64,000 nucleotides of DNA from a virus (IMGVR_UViG_3300034418_003613:13088-77087); one strand, 5' to 3'. Positions 1-10,225 are shown, numbered from the stretch's first letter. Program-made: numbers and translations. The notes: generated from the sequence alone by a model not told the origin.

Positions 1-1
1 T

Positions 2-880
2 GAAGAAACTTTAGCTTGTCTAGAGATTAATGGTGTTAAGAGATATGTCACAGGCTTGAATGAGTTTGCCCCAGAGGTTAAAAACTTAGCTCCCGGTGAG
101 AGAGAGCTCAAGGTAAAAGAGATCAGAGAGACAGTTTCTCAGTTAGAAAAGGATTTAGCAGCAAATGTTGTTGACCCTGAAGACAAAGAGTTCTGGAATA
201 AACTTAATCTGCTTAAGCCAGATAATGATAAGTTTTGGTCTAAGATTAGTCTGAGATGCGGTAATGATCCTGTATTTTTAGATCCAGATTCAGATCCTTA
301 TGATCTTATTAAGATCCATGCTATCAAGGCTGGCGGTTTTTCTATTGTAGCTAAATCTTTGAAGGATGCTAAGATGATGAATCCTACACCAAAGTTTTAC
401 TTAGATACAATTGAGGAGACTGTAACCACAAGAACAGAGTACAGTAAGCTTAGAAACAAAGCGCTTGTTGCATTGGAAGGCATGTATGGAAAGAACAATG
501 CCAAGCTTATGTATGTGGCAAAGGCTGTAGATATTGATAGTGTACAGTATACTAAGAATACTCCCGTAGATATCATCTATGAAAACATGGATGCTTACAT
601 CAATGGTGAGGGTATTGAGAGTAGTAAGAAGAGAGCTGCGGAAATCTTTATTAAAGTTTCTAAGTACTCAATGCAGGATCTTAAGATTACAGCTCTAGTG
701 AAAGACTGCATGTATTACAGGTTTATTACCAAGAAAGCCGGAGGGTGGATTGAGACTCTAGATAGTGGGGTAAAGCTTGGTAAGAGACAAGAGGAAGTTG
801 TAGATTTTTTGAAGAAACCAGATCAAGAAGAAGTTCTTTCAAGTTTATTAGCTAAGGTAGAACCTTACTGGAATTCTTAA
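2..880 (+). CDS. Conserved crAss-like phage protein downstream of the capsid gene (5'-truncated by window edge)
   Basis: Frame is open from nt 2 (EETLACLEINGVKRYVTGLNEF...), so the TTG at 56 is not the true start. Assignment rests on position before the ring-protein-like gene. Confidence 0.55.
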   Translation, partial: EETLACLEINGVKRYVTGLNEFAPEVKNLAPGERELKVKEIRETVSQLEKDLAANVVDPEDKEFWNKLNLLKPDNDKFWSKISLRCGNDPVFLDPDSDPYDLIKIHAIKAGGFSIVAKSLKDAKMMNPTPKFYLDTIEETVTTRTEYSKLRNKALVALEGMYGKNNAKLMYVAKAVDIDSVQYTKNTPVDIIYENMDAYINGEGIESSKKRAAEIFIKVSKYSMQDLKITALVKDCMYYRFITKKAGGWIETLDSGVKLGKRQEEVVDFLKKPDQEEVLSSLLAKVEPYWNS

Positions 881-890
881 ACTTTAACTC

Positions 891-1607
891 ATGGATATTG
901 CAACATTACAATTAAAGCTTAAACAGCGTCTCAATAAGCTAGATAGCCAAGACTATGACAATATAGAAGACTGGCAGATTATTGAAGCTTTTAATAAAGC
1001 GCAATTGGAATGGTGTAGAAGAAACCTACACGGCAACAATCTTTACAAAGAAGGGGATGAAGTCTCTAAGAAGAGGGTGGACGATCTACAGATCTTGTTG
1101 ATGGAACTCCCTCTTACTAAGGGAGCTAATAGTACAGATGAATACTTTGAGTCTGATAATTTTCCTGATATTGATGTTTACCTAGAGTATAAGAGGGTAA
1201 GTGCAGATGCTACAAGCGAGTGTTGCACAGATCCTCGATCTATGACAGTTTACTTAGCTGAAGAGGCTAACAGAGATTTAATTCTGAGAGATCCACTGAA
1301 GAGACCAGATTTTGATTGGGGTGAAACATTTTGCACTTTGATTGATGGGCAGGTCAGGATCTACAAAAACGCTGATTTTGAGATAGTTAACCCTGTTCTT
1401 ACATTTTATAGGGTGCCTAAGTATATTGAAATTGCTGGTGTTCTAAATCCATATACTGGAACTATATCTTCTGTAGATGTAGAACCAGAGTTTAAGGATG
1501 ATCTTGTGGAATTATTTATTGATGAGACTGCTGCCATTATTGCTGGTGATATTGCCAACTTTGCTCAGATGCAAAGAGAACAGCAGATGGCGGAAAGAAA
1601 TAATTAA
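891..1607 (+). CDS. Tail ring/adaptor-like structural protein
   Basis: 238 aa. N-terminal helices (LKQRLNKLDS..IIEAFNKAQ), a 'YRVPKYI' strand and a C-terminal 'ELFIDETA' helix fit head-tail adaptor/ring proteins. crAss-like synteny. Confidence 0.6.
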   Translation: MDIATLQLKLKQRLNKLDSQDYDNIEDWQIIEAFNKAQLEWCRRNLHGNNLYKEGDEVSKKRVDDLQILLMELPLTKGANSTDEYFESDNFPDIDVYLEYKRVSADATSECCTDPRSMTVYLAEEANRDLILRDPLKRPDFDWGETFCTLIDGQVRIYKNADFEIVNPVLTFYRVPKYIEIAGVLNPYTGTISSVDVEPEFKDDLVELFIDETAAIIAGDIANFAQMQREQQMAERNN

Positions 1608-1629
1608 ACCTTTGTATACTAAAACTTTT

Positions 1630-1643
1630 TTTGTATATTATTA
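1630..1643 (+). promoter_or_regulatory. Repeated promoter-like box TTTGTATATTATTA
   Basis: Intergenic. The same core recurs at 3263, 4306, 9642, 24704, 56354 and 57119, always upstream of a gene start. Confidence 0.7.
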
Positions 1644-1701
1644 ATGTATCTACCTGAGTAGGTACAGATTTATTTTTTTGTAACTTTTTAAATTTAAGAA
1701 A

Positions 1702-3195
1702 ATGGCTTATTTTAATCATGCATTTGTAAAATGCTTCAACCCAGCCGGAGCAATGCCTGCAGATGGAACTGCAACATCAGCTCTTACAGCTGGACAGATT
1801 GTATTTGTAGATGGTTCTACTTGGCAATCTGTTTCTCCTACTAATGCGCCCCTTCCTGCAGCAGGTAATCTTGGGTACATTGTTCAAGGTTCATATCACA
1901 CTCAAGACAGCATTGGAAACAATCCTGGACATGGTGGATATACCGAGTCTGTAAAGTCTAAGGGTATCAACCCAAGATACGTTAGCAGATTATATTCTAC
2001 TGACGTTGTTGAGGCTTCTCAGTCTACAAGTGTTATCTCGGTTGCTTCTACTTGCGCTCCTTGTGATGATCCTTTGTATCTGAGATTAGATGTTAAGGGT
2101 TCTCCTGCTCTGCGTTTCTTGAATCACAACGCTTATGCTGTTGCTGATTCTGATGGCGCTTGCTGCAGCGAGCCTGGACAAACTTATGTTGATCCTGCTC
2201 TTGCTCTTGCTCAAGCTGGTACTCGTCTGGTAGCTGATCCAATTGTTAGTCCTTTCGTAAGAGAGCGTCAATGGGGAACAGGTGCTAGTGCAGTTGTTGC
2301 TGGTATTGTTGTAACTAAGACTGGTGGTGGTTTGAACGGTGTAGATTCTACATCTACAGTTAATGCTGGCGGTTCTAACTATACTACTGGTGATATTGTA
2401 TCTGTTGACACTGGTTCTAGCCTTGCAGTTTTACAAGTAACCGCAACTGCTGGTGCTGTTACAGCATTTACAGTTTTAGCTGCTGGTTCTGGTTATACTG
2501 CAGGATCTAAGGCTACTACAAATGTTGTTGTTGCTAATGCTGCAGCTACTGGCTTTACTGTAACTGTTGTTCAAGATGCAGATGCTGCTTCATTCTCAAT
2601 GGCTCAAATTATTGATGCAACTTATACTGCATCTACTGATCCTGTTACCGATGGTGTTTCTGCTGCTTTCCACATTGAAGGTGCTTATGCAGAGACTAAG
2701 TTTGGTGCTTGTTCATTTGACACTCGCGACTTCTACGGTAAGGAGCCTGTGCAGTTGAACCTGGCTATCTTGGATGAGACTGGTGATCCTTGTAACGACT
2801 GCGGTGTTACTGTTAACACTCCCGGAGTTATGGCTTCTACAGTTGGTGAGACAGTTCTGAGAGATATTTTGATGACTGAGAACTACATGCAGTCTCCATA
2901 CAACCAGGGTAATCCTGATTCTGCTCGTATCCGTGAGATTGAGGGATCTGATGATATCGTAGGAAGTGTTGATAGAACTGCACTTTACAAGGTGTATGTT
3001 ATCCAGCACAGTGTGCCTAGATTCAACAATCCAACTTCCACATTTGATAACGACCAGTACTGTTACAAGATCTATGTTAAGAGCACAGATGCAGCACTGA
3101 TTGCAGATATGGATACCTTGATGGGTGAAATTGCTACATGGTGTAATGCCAGCGGTGGTAACGTTGCCTTTGTTAGTGGTATTGAGACACCCTAA
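1702..3195 (+). CDS. Structural protein, probably auxiliary capsid protein, with a central Ala/Thr/Gly-rich beta insert
   Basis: 497 aa with its own promoter-like box and a strong terminator, consistent with high expression. Internal repeats NAGGSNYTTG / AAGSGYTAG. Position matches the crAss auxiliary capsid gene. Confidence 0.55.
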   Translation: MAYFNHAFVKCFNPAGAMPADGTATSALTAGQIVFVDGSTWQSVSPTNAPLPAAGNLGYIVQGSYHTQDSIGNNPGHGGYTESVKSKGINPRYVSRLYSTDVVEASQSTSVISVASTCAPCDDPLYLRLDVKGSPALRFLNHNAYAVADSDGACCSEPGQTYVDPALALAQAGTRLVADPIVSPFVRERQWGTGASAVVAGIVVTKTGGGLNGVDSTSTVNAGGSNYTTGDIVSVDTGSSLAVLQVTATAGAVTAFTVLAAGSGYTAGSKATTNVVVANAAATGFTVTVVQDADAASFSMAQIIDATYTASTDPVTDGVSAAFHIEGAYAETKFGACSFDTRDFYGKEPVQLNLAILDETGDPCNDCGVTVNTPGVMASTVGETVLRDILMTENYMQSPYNQGNPDSARIREIEGSDDIVGSVDRTALYKVYVIQHSVPRFNNPTSTFDNDQYCYKIYVKSTDAALIADMDTLMGEIATWCNASGGNVAFVSGIETP

Positions 3196-3217
3196 TAGTT
3201 AAGGTAGTTATGAAAGA

Positions 3218-3248
3218 AAGGCTGGGTTATACCCGGCCTTTTCTTTTT
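3218..3248 (+). terminator. Rho-independent terminator
   Basis: AAGGCTGGGT-TAT-ACCCGGCCTT stem followed by TTCTTTTT. Confidence 0.85.
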
Positions 3249-3262
3249 AATCTATTTTATTT

Positions 3263-3276
3263 TTTGTATATTATTA
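3263..3276 (+). promoter_or_regulatory. Promoter-like box TTTGTATATTATTA
   Basis: Exact copy of the 1630 motif, directly after the terminator and upstream of the 3315 ATG. Confidence 0.7.
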
Positions 3277-3314
3277 CTGTACTACAGTAGTTTTTATTTC
3301 TAAATAATTCCTTA

Positions 3315-3866
3315 ATGGCAAATAAGCATATACTAAGTCTAGAGGTTTCTCCAGTTGCCAATTGTGATATACTTAATATCAAGGATACTAGTCAGTATAC
3401 TACTGATTTACAGATTGATTGCGAAGAACTCTTGATAACAGTTCCCGGTTTCAATAAGCCTTATCTAATTAACGTTACCAACGGTTTTGATCTGTCATTA
3501 ACCAATTGCACTATTGGTGTCCAGACAGAGAATTGTGGTGATAAGACTACGGTTATTGCTGATGGTATTTATATTATCAGATATAGTGTAGCACCCACAG
3601 ATAAGGTCTATGTAGAGTACAACCACTTACGAGTTACCTCATTGATGACAAAGTATTATAAGGTGCTTTGTGATCTTGATATGCAACCCTGTGAACCCAG
3701 CAGCGAAAGATCTGAGATTATTAGTGAATTAGGTTATATCAGAACTTTAATTGACGCCGCTGTAGCTAAAGTAGAATACTGCCAAAGCCCTAATAAGGGG
3801 ATGGAGTTATATAACTATGCTAAAAAGAGGCTGGATAAGATAGATTGTTCAGCTGTCTGTTGTTAA
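3315..3866 (+). CDS. Cys-rich structural protein (tail hub-like)
   Basis: 183 aa with an Ig-like 'DGIYIIRYSV' strand, a helical C-terminus and a CSAVCC end. Function inferred from synteny. Confidence 0.5.
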   Translation: MANKHILSLEVSPVANCDILNIKDTSQYTTDLQIDCEELLITVPGFNKPYLINVTNGFDLSLTNCTIGVQTENCGDKTTVIADGIYIIRYSVAPTDKVYVEYNHLRVTSLMTKYYKVLCDLDMQPCEPSSERSEIISELGYIRTLIDAAVAKVEYCQSPNKGMELYNYAKKRLDKIDCSAVCC

Positions 3867-3883
3867 AACCAAAAACCAATAAT

Positions 3884-4069
3884 ATGAACTGTGCACATTG
3901 TAATAAAGCTTTTACTTGCGGGTGCCAAAAAACTGTAGCGGCCAATGGTCAAACAGTACACAAGAGTTGTCTAGCTGATTATGGAAAAGCTACAGGAGTA
4001 GCACCAGCTATGCCTGCAGATGGAATCACTCAGCAAGTATATAGAGCTAAACAGAATTTACGTACATAA
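3884..4069 (+). CDS. Small Cys/His-rich (zinc- or disulfide-binding) protein
   Basis: MNCAHCNKAFTCGCQK...HKSC. The ATG at 3884 follows an A-rich leader and is preferred over 3845. Confidence 0.6.
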   Translation: MNCAHCNKAFTCGCQKTVAANGQTVHKSCLADYGKATGVAPAMPADGITQQVYRAKQNLRT

Positions 4070-4257
4070 TGGACGAGATTAAGATAGTTGAAGCTCAGCG
4101 GAAGTTTGCCAATACTGTGTATCAAGAATTTATTTCACACAGATTTGGCATCACACCATGTTGCTATACAGACGTTGAATCAGCTAAGATTAAGAAGTAC
4201 TTATGCGACTGGCAGAACCTTAAGATAGAGGAGCCAGAAACAGTAAACTGTGATTAG
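4069..4257 (+). CDS. Small structural/hypothetical protein (GITPCC motif)
   Basis: 62 aa, translationally coupled via a TAATG overlap. Confidence 0.6.
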   Translation: MDEIKIVEAQRKFANTVYQEFISHRFGITPCCYTDVESAKIKKYLCDWQNLKIEEPETVNCD

Positions 4258-4305
4258 ATAATGAGAAGGGCAGGTTGGTTATAATCTTGGTTGTTCCTCA
4301 AAACT

Positions 4306-4318
4306 TTTGTATATTATA
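4306..4318 (+). promoter_or_regulatory. Promoter-like box TTTGTATATTATA
   Basis: Intergenic copy upstream of 4360. Confidence 0.65.
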
Positions 4319-4359
4319 GATATACCATACTTGTTTGAACAGCTGCAAAAAAAATATTT

Positions 4360-7300
4360 ATGATTCCTACGAATAACGGCAGTACATCCCCTTGTGATCC
4401 TTTATCATCAAATTGTGTGGTATGGCAAGGTCCTGATATTTCTTGTATTAACTTATGTAATGGGGATACCATAAGTGATGTGGTCAGTAAGATGGCTACA
4501 CAACTGTGTGATTTGGTAACACAGACATGTCAGTGTAATCCAGATTTATCAGGTCTTACTTTAGATTGTATTCCTGCTCCTCCTCAGCAAGATCCTAATC
4601 TTACCCAATATATGCAGGCTATTGTAGATTATGTCTGCACATTGCCTACATCTAATGCAACCACAATTAATGTAGAGTTGCCAGATTGCTTGCATTATAC
4701 AAATTCTCAAGGCAATCCTGTTACATCTTTACCTATTGATGAGTATGCAAAATACTTAGCAAATGAGATTTGTACTATAAAGAGCGCTATCAATATTATT
4801 AATAATCAAATTTTTGATATTGCTAGTCGTCTCTCTATTGTAGAAAGTTATTTTCCAATTGCTTCTCCAACGTCAGAAGTAATATCTTCTTGTATTTTAC
4901 AAGGCCAGACTGTTCCCGTATCTACATTATTATTAGCTCTTGAAACAGAGTTTTGTAATCTGAGAACGGCAGTTGGTGATGCTCAAGCTATCAACTTTGC
5001 CATTAACGCAAGTTGTTTATCTGGAACATCTAACATGTTAAGTCAGGGTGGCACTTATGGTAGTCAGTCAGGGTGGATTCAGAATCCAAATACATTAGCA
5101 GATATTAATGCTAACCAGTGGGTGGCTATTTGCGACATCTATGATGCTGTTGCTAATATTCAACAGAACTGTTGTGTATCGGATTGCAGTGCTGTTTCAT
5201 GGGCTATGACATATAATGTAGTCACAGATCCTGTAAGCGGATTACCTACAACTATCAATTTTAACTTGAATGGTTCAACTGTTCCAAGTGGCTTTACAGA
5301 TTGCGGTAATTCATTTATTGAGATTACTGATGCTAGTGGAGCTAAGATTTCACAATCTATCAATGCTGCAAACTTAGCATCTAGTTCAGTAGGTGTAAAC
5401 ATTGATCTAACCAACTCTAATCTTATACTGACATATTCGTTATCTGTTGTTGCACAGCTTTGTGCTACGGATAATAATAATGTATGTCAAGAGATCAAGA
5501 ATATTACTATACCACTTGGCATTCCATGTCCTACTAGTTCTACTTTAACACCTAGTACAGACTCGATTGTAGTTGCTTTTCCTAACAGCTTAACTGGTTC
5601 AAATTATACTTATAGAATCACTTGTAATCAAGGACCAAATGTTGTTGCTGCAACAACTATTGCAAATCCTGGTGCTAACATTTCTTACACATTCACAGGA
5701 TTATCTTCGGCAACACTCTATACTATCCAGATTAATATTACAGATTTAAGCACACAACAGCAGAGGGCCTGCACTTTAGGTGCGACAACTACACTTGGTG
5801 TTAGTTGTACTTCTCTTGCAATCACAGATGCTTTAGACGAAGCCGCTGTTGCTGGTGACTATTACATTGGTCAGACAGGAACTGTCGAAAATACTAAAAG
5901 ATTTTATTATAGACCCGGAAATAGCATTATTAGACAGGTTGGTGAGGTGTCATTATTTAATCCTGATCTAACTGTTGTTAGTGTGACTGCTGGTGGTAAT
6001 GTAACTATTAATGTAGAACGTAATACCGGAGGCACAGGGACACCTACTACTATCATATATGACTATAGTGCAGATATGATTACGTGGACAAATGGAGGAT
6101 CTACTACCACTAATCCTGATAATGGGATAGTTATTGCAACTGGAATTACAACTAAGTCCATTTATGTTAGAGCTCGTCAGAATGATGGTGGTTCTAATTA
6201 TAGCGAATACACTATTGTACGTTATGATTTTAACACAGATCAGACTACAACTATCCAGGATCCTGCGAATGATACTCCAAGTTTCTTAACAAGCCAACCT
6301 TCTGGTTTCTTTGTATCATACGGTACACTTACATGTGGCACACTTACCGAGACTATTCCTGGTGGAAATCTATCAGAGAGTGTTTGGTACTATGTTGGAA
6401 AGATTGAAGTTAACAGCGTTACTCAATATATCTATGCTGGCTGGAGTGATGCTACAGAAACAGTTACAAAAGTTGTGGCATGTTGCGAATGCCCCGCTTT
6501 CTTACTAACAAGCACTACATCTGGGTACTTCTGTAACAGTGGATCAAGCACTACTATTGAAATTCCATATGTCATTGGTGACGGTGAACCAGCCTTAAGT
6601 ATTGTAGCTAATCCTCAGTACGGAACTGTAACTCAGAGCCCAACCGATGCTAATACCTTTACTTATACCCATAACGGAGCTTCTTCATATGGAGATACAT
6701 TTGAGGTTAGATTGACTTCAGACACAGCAGGAGATTGTTCTTCTGTCACTGCAATTGTTCAAGTTCAGATTATTCAGCCTGAGATTTTAGGTGCTCAGGT
6801 TTCAGAGACAGAGGATGATTTTTATATGTTTGTTGATACAAATAGCTTTAGTGTAACAGATGCAGTTACGTTTGAATCTCTTAAGGCTAGGCTGGAGGCT
6901 TGGCTTGCATTAGTTTGTACAGCTTGGAGTGGTGAGATTTTTTTAATTCCAACCACTAGTCGAAGATGGTTACAGTATTCAACTGCTGTTGTTGAAAATG
7001 GGCAAAGCGCTACAGGTGCTGTTGGAGCTCCGCTTGATGGTGCATCAGAGTGGGTTGCTATTCAAGACTTACCTACCGGTTGGGGAAGCGCTCCTTTAGC
7101 AGCTCCTACGACTAGAGCTAATATTCTTGTATTTTCTAATAATACAAATCCTGAGTATCATGGCGCTACTTTAAGCAGTGGTTTTGGTTCACCTACACAA
7201 CCTACAGCTAATTATCTTGAGGACTATGAGATTCATACTGATATTTTAACCGGTTCAGCTAATAGCGCTTATGGAGTAGCAAAGGCTTTTGGAGGCACAT

Positions 7301-7728
7301 CCCCATTTACAGCAGGAATGCAGGTGGTATATTATCCGATTACTGCAGATACTGCAGGTCAATCAGCTTCTGCAATCTTACAAGGTCTGGCATCTTATAC
7401 AGCTAAAATGACTCCTCCGAGCGAGTATGGTGTTAGAACGGCTGTTGATGTTACAGGATACTTGATGCAGGGTGTAACACCATCTGCCACTAACCCATAT
7501 GAAGGGGCTAGCACTGGAGCTATTACACTAGAAGGACTTTATAAGAAGAGTGTTCTTATGTTCTTGAATCAACCTGTTGGATCTCTTACTGTTGCAGAGT
7601 ATTTAACTGCGATTTATAATGGTACTGATGACGGAGACTTCCAAGAGAAGATGAAAATTATGTTTGTTGGACATGATGATTTATGCCCGGACAGTACTTC
7701 TCCTGCAAGTCCAGCCTGGCCATCATAA
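4360..7728 (+). CDS. Cys-rich tail fibre/spike-like protein with FN3/Ig-like domains
   Basis: 1122 aa. N-terminal CVVWQGPDISC module and coiled-coil, an FN3 signature (YTFTGLSSATLYTIQI), and an Ig/cadherin-like repeat (PQYGTV..FTYTHNG..GDTFEV). Confidence 0.65.
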   Translation: MIPTNNGSTSPCDPLSSNCVVWQGPDISCINLCNGDTISDVVSKMATQLCDLVTQTCQCNPDLSGLTLDCIPAPPQQDPNLTQYMQAIVDYVCTLPTSNATTINVELPDCLHYTNSQGNPVTSLPIDEYAKYLANEICTIKSAINIINNQIFDIASRLSIVESYFPIASPTSEVISSCILQGQTVPVSTLLLALETEFCNLRTAVGDAQAINFAINASCLSGTSNMLSQGGTYGSQSGWIQNPNTLADINANQWVAICDIYDAVANIQQNCCVSDCSAVSWAMTYNVVTDPVSGLPTTINFNLNGSTVPSGFTDCGNSFIEITDASGAKISQSINAANLASSSVGVNIDLTNSNLILTYSLSVVAQLCATDNNNVCQEIKNITIPLGIPCPTSSTLTPSTDSIVVAFPNSLTGSNYTYRITCNQGPNVVAATTIANPGANISYTFTGLSSATLYTIQINITDLSTQQQRACTLGATTTLGVSCTSLAITDALDEAAVAGDYYIGQTGTVENTKRFYYRPGNSIIRQVGEVSLFNPDLTVVSVTAGGNVTINVERNTGGTGTPTTIIYDYSADMITWTNGGSTTTNPDNGIVIATGITTKSIYVRARQNDGGSNYSEYTIVRYDFNTDQTTTIQDPANDTPSFLTSQPSGFFVSYGTLTCGTLTETIPGGNLSESVWYYVGKIEVNSVTQYIYAGWSDATETVTKVVACCECPAFLLTSTTSGYFCNSGSSTTIEIPYVIGDGEPALSIVANPQYGTVTQSPTDANTFTYTHNGASSYGDTFEVRLTSDTAGDCSSVTAIVQVQIIQPEILGAQVSETEDDFYMFVDTNSFSVTDAVTFESLKARLEAWLALVCTAWSGEIFLIPTTSRRWLQYSTAVVENGQSATGAVGAPLDGASEWVAIQDLPTGWGSAPLAAPTTRANILVFSNNTNPEYHGATLSSGFGSPTQPTANYLEDYEIHTDILTGSANSAYGVAKAFGGTSPFTAGMQVVYYPITADTAGQSASAILQGLASYTAKMTPPSEYGVRTAVDVTGYLMQGVTPSATNPYEGASTGAITLEGLYKKSVLMFLNQPVGSLTVAEYLTAIYNGTDDGDFQEKMKIMFVGHDDLCPDSTSPASPAWPS

Positions 7729-7742
7729 TAAATAATTAAGAT

Positions 7743-8300
7743 ATGAGTTGTAACTGTACCAAATGTAGTCCTAACAAGTGTAGCTGTAAAGACAGCGCAT
7801 TGACTAATCCATGTTCATATACAGAATGCCCTTCTACAGCTGAGAGATGTGATGAATCAGTATCTCCTGCTTGTGTGACTTGGACGGGTCCTGAGACTTT
7901 AGTTGAGGATGCTGAAGGAGACACCTTTGTTATTCAACCGGGTGAGAGATTAGAGCAGATCCTACAAAGGATGATGCTTGTACTAGCAGACGGTCTTGTT
8001 GCAGGCAACGCAAGCAATTCATTCCATGCTCCTTTGAACTTATATATTGGTACTATTACAAGTTCATCTATTGAGTTGTTGTGGTCTGGAGAGGCTACTG
8101 GAACTACCAGCTTGCAAGTTCAATATGATACCGCAGTTGGATCTTCTTGGACTACAGCAGCAACTTTGACTGCTGGTGTGTTTAAAGCAACTATTAGCAG
8201 TCTAGTTGCTGAAACAAAATACAAGTTTAGAATCATAGCTGATAATGGTGCTACACAACCTGAATCGGTTATTGTATTTGCTACAACGTTGACGGCGTAA
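7743..8300 (+). CDS. Cys-rich protein with C-terminal fibronectin type III domain
   Basis: 185 aa. FN3 pattern APLNL..ITSSSIELLW..ISSLVAETKYKFRIIA. N-terminal CVTWTGP module shared with the 4360 protein. Confidence 0.7.
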   Translation: MSCNCTKCSPNKCSCKDSALTNPCSYTECPSTAERCDESVSPACVTWTGPETLVEDAEGDTFVIQPGERLEQILQRMMLVLADGLVAGNASNSFHAPLNLYIGTITSSSIELLWSGEATGTTSLQVQYDTAVGSSWTTAATLTAGVFKATISSLVAETKYKFRIIADNGATQPESVIVFATTLTA

Positions 8301-8341
8301 ACGGAAGTGGTAGTTTGTTGGTTTTCTATCACAGATGTTGG

Positions 8342-8370
8342 AGAAGGTCCCTGCGGGGGCCTTCTTTTTT
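8342..8370 (+). terminator. Rho-independent terminator
   Basis: AGAAGGTCCC-TGCG-GGGGCCTTCT followed by a T-run. Confidence 0.85.
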
Positions 8371-8408
8371 GTTAATTTAATTTCTTTAAATTTGATAAAC
8401 TTCTAAGT

Positions 8409-9620
8409 ATGAGCCTAAAAGGAAAAGTAGAAGAATCTCTTAAATGGAAAAAGAGTGTTCCGTATTGTGCAGCACGTCTAGATATCTCTGAGAAAACATA
8501 TTCTAAGATTAAACGTGAGATTTTTTCAGAAAGAAAAAAGAAGAAAAAGTTTTTTAGCGGATCTGCAAAGAATGAGCAATTTACTGAGGAGATTAATCTA
8601 GAAAAAGGAGAGGGTAAAATAGCAGGTACATTTGATCATGAGCCTAAATCTCCAGAAGAGATAGTTAAGCTATTAAAGATTGATACAACGCAATGGCGTT
8701 TAGCCTCATACTGGAATAAGCAGATGGGAGATCATTGGAGAGTATCCGCTTTTATAACCAGAGTCAAGCAAGAGGATAAGAATTACATAGAAGATGTAAT
8801 TAAGAACTGGCAGCCAAGAGACTACAATATTACAAAACCAGATCACTTTTTGAATAAGAATGCCACGAAAGTTTGTGGCATTATTTCTTTACAGGATATC
8901 CATTTTGGCAAGCAGGGGAATGAAACCATTGACAAAGACTTTGAGGACACACTTAAGGATCTTTTACTTAGGAGCAGTGCAGCACACCACATAGAGAAGT
9001 TATTCTTTGTAGTAGGCGGTGACATGATCAACATGGATTCTTTTTCTGGGACTACTACTAGCGGTACACCATTAGATAATTGTAGCATGGCAACCGATGC
9101 ATATATCCAAGCATTTGATGCTATGCACTGGGGCTTAAACTATGCAAAGGCTTTTTGTGATGAGCTCGTTGTAGTTTACATACCGGGTAACCATGATAGG
9201 TTATCATCCTTTCACCTAGCTCATGCTCTTTCTAAAGCTATATCAGATCCTAATATTATTTGGGACATTGAATATGCAGAAAGAAAGGTACACGTGTGGC
9301 ATGATAACTTTAACGCATTTGAACATGGTGATGTACCAGCTAAAAACACACCGTTAGTATATGCAACAGAGTATGCTAAAGAGTGGGGATCTACTAAGAA
9401 TAGGACTTTATTTGCAGGGCACTATCACCAGAACAGAAAGGTGGAGTATGTAACTACCTCCGAGAACACTGGCTTTATACATAAGACTCTTCCTAGTCTA
9501 TGTAAGACTGATTACTATCATTACCACAATAAGTACGTAGGTAACCAGAGAGCAGGTAAGATTGAGTTACAACATCCGCAGATGGGGAACATCTGTGAGC
9601 TCACTTATCAGGCACTTTAA
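8409..9620 (+). CDS. Calcineurin-like metallophosphoesterase with N-terminal HTH-like extension
   Basis: All five motifs are present: DIHFG, GGD, GNHD, HGD, GHYH. Confidence 0.85.
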   Translation: MSLKGKVEESLKWKKSVPYCAARLDISEKTYSKIKREIFSERKKKKKFFSGSAKNEQFTEEINLEKGEGKIAGTFDHEPKSPEEIVKLLKIDTTQWRLASYWNKQMGDHWRVSAFITRVKQEDKNYIEDVIKNWQPRDYNITKPDHFLNKNATKVCGIISLQDIHFGKQGNETIDKDFEDTLKDLLLRSSAAHHIEKLFFVVGGDMINMDSFSGTTTSGTPLDNCSMATDAYIQAFDAMHWGLNYAKAFCDELVVVYIPGNHDRLSSFHLAHALSKAISDPNIIWDIEYAERKVHVWHDNFNAFEHGDVPAKNTPLVYATEYAKEWGSTKNRTLFAGHYHQNRKVEYVTTSENTGFIHKTLPSLCKTDYYHYHNKYVGNQRAGKIELQHPQMGNICELTYQAL

Positions 9621-9654
9621 ACTTTTATAAGTGCTCTTTTTTTTGTAAATTATA
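9612..9654 (+). promoter_or_regulatory. Weak terminator-like hairpin merged with promoter-like box TTTGTAAATTATA
   Basis: GCACTT...AAGTGC stem then a T-run that ends in a one-mismatch copy of the box (9642-9654). Confidence 0.5.
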
Positions 9655-9664
9655 ACTATAGACT

Positions 9665-10225
9665 ATGATTAATAATTTCAAAGAGCCCGACCTAAATGCT
9701 CCGAGATACAGAGAGAAAAGGCTTGGGCTTCTAAATGCTGAGGTGATTAATAAGTTTAAGAGTAAGTATCCTCATTATGAGAATATTGATAACAACAAGT
9801 TGAAGGACATAATTAGGATATATAATAATAAGTTGTGGAATGGAGTGATTGATAATAGAGATGGTGTTGAATTACCTGATTCATTAGGGTATCTTTTTAT
9901 AGGTACTTGTGCTCCGGCTAAATCAGTGAATACAAACTACTCACTATCAAAGGAATATGGCAAGGTTTTGCAAAACAAGAATTGGGAAACTGACGGAAAC
10001 ATAGGAAAGATATTTTATACAAACTGGTCTACTAAATATAGATTTCGCAACAGAGAGTTTTGGAGATTCACAGCGTGTAGGAAGTTTAAGAGATCTGTAG
10101 CCAAGACTTATCCAGAGAACTGGAATAAGTATAGGATTATGAAGAACAAGTATAGGATAGCACATCTTTTCAACTTTACCCCTCCAGAGAGTGATCTGAA
10201 GGGATATGATGAATTTGAAAGCTAA
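9665..10225 (+). CDS. HU/IHF-like DNA-binding protein (crAss-type)
   Basis: Basic 186 aa with a helix-helix then 'VELPDSLGYLFI' beta-turn pattern of the HU/IHF fold. Sits before the ring genes as in crAss-like phages. Confidence 0.6.
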   Translation: MINNFKEPDLNAPRYREKRLGLLNAEVINKFKSKYPHYENIDNNKLKDIIRIYNNKLWNGVIDNRDGVELPDSLGYLFIGTCAPAKSVNTNYSLSKEYGKVLQNKNWETDGNIGKIFYTNWSTKYRFRNREFWRFTACRKFKRSVAKTYPENWNKYRIMKNKYRIAHLFNFTPPESDLKGYDEFES

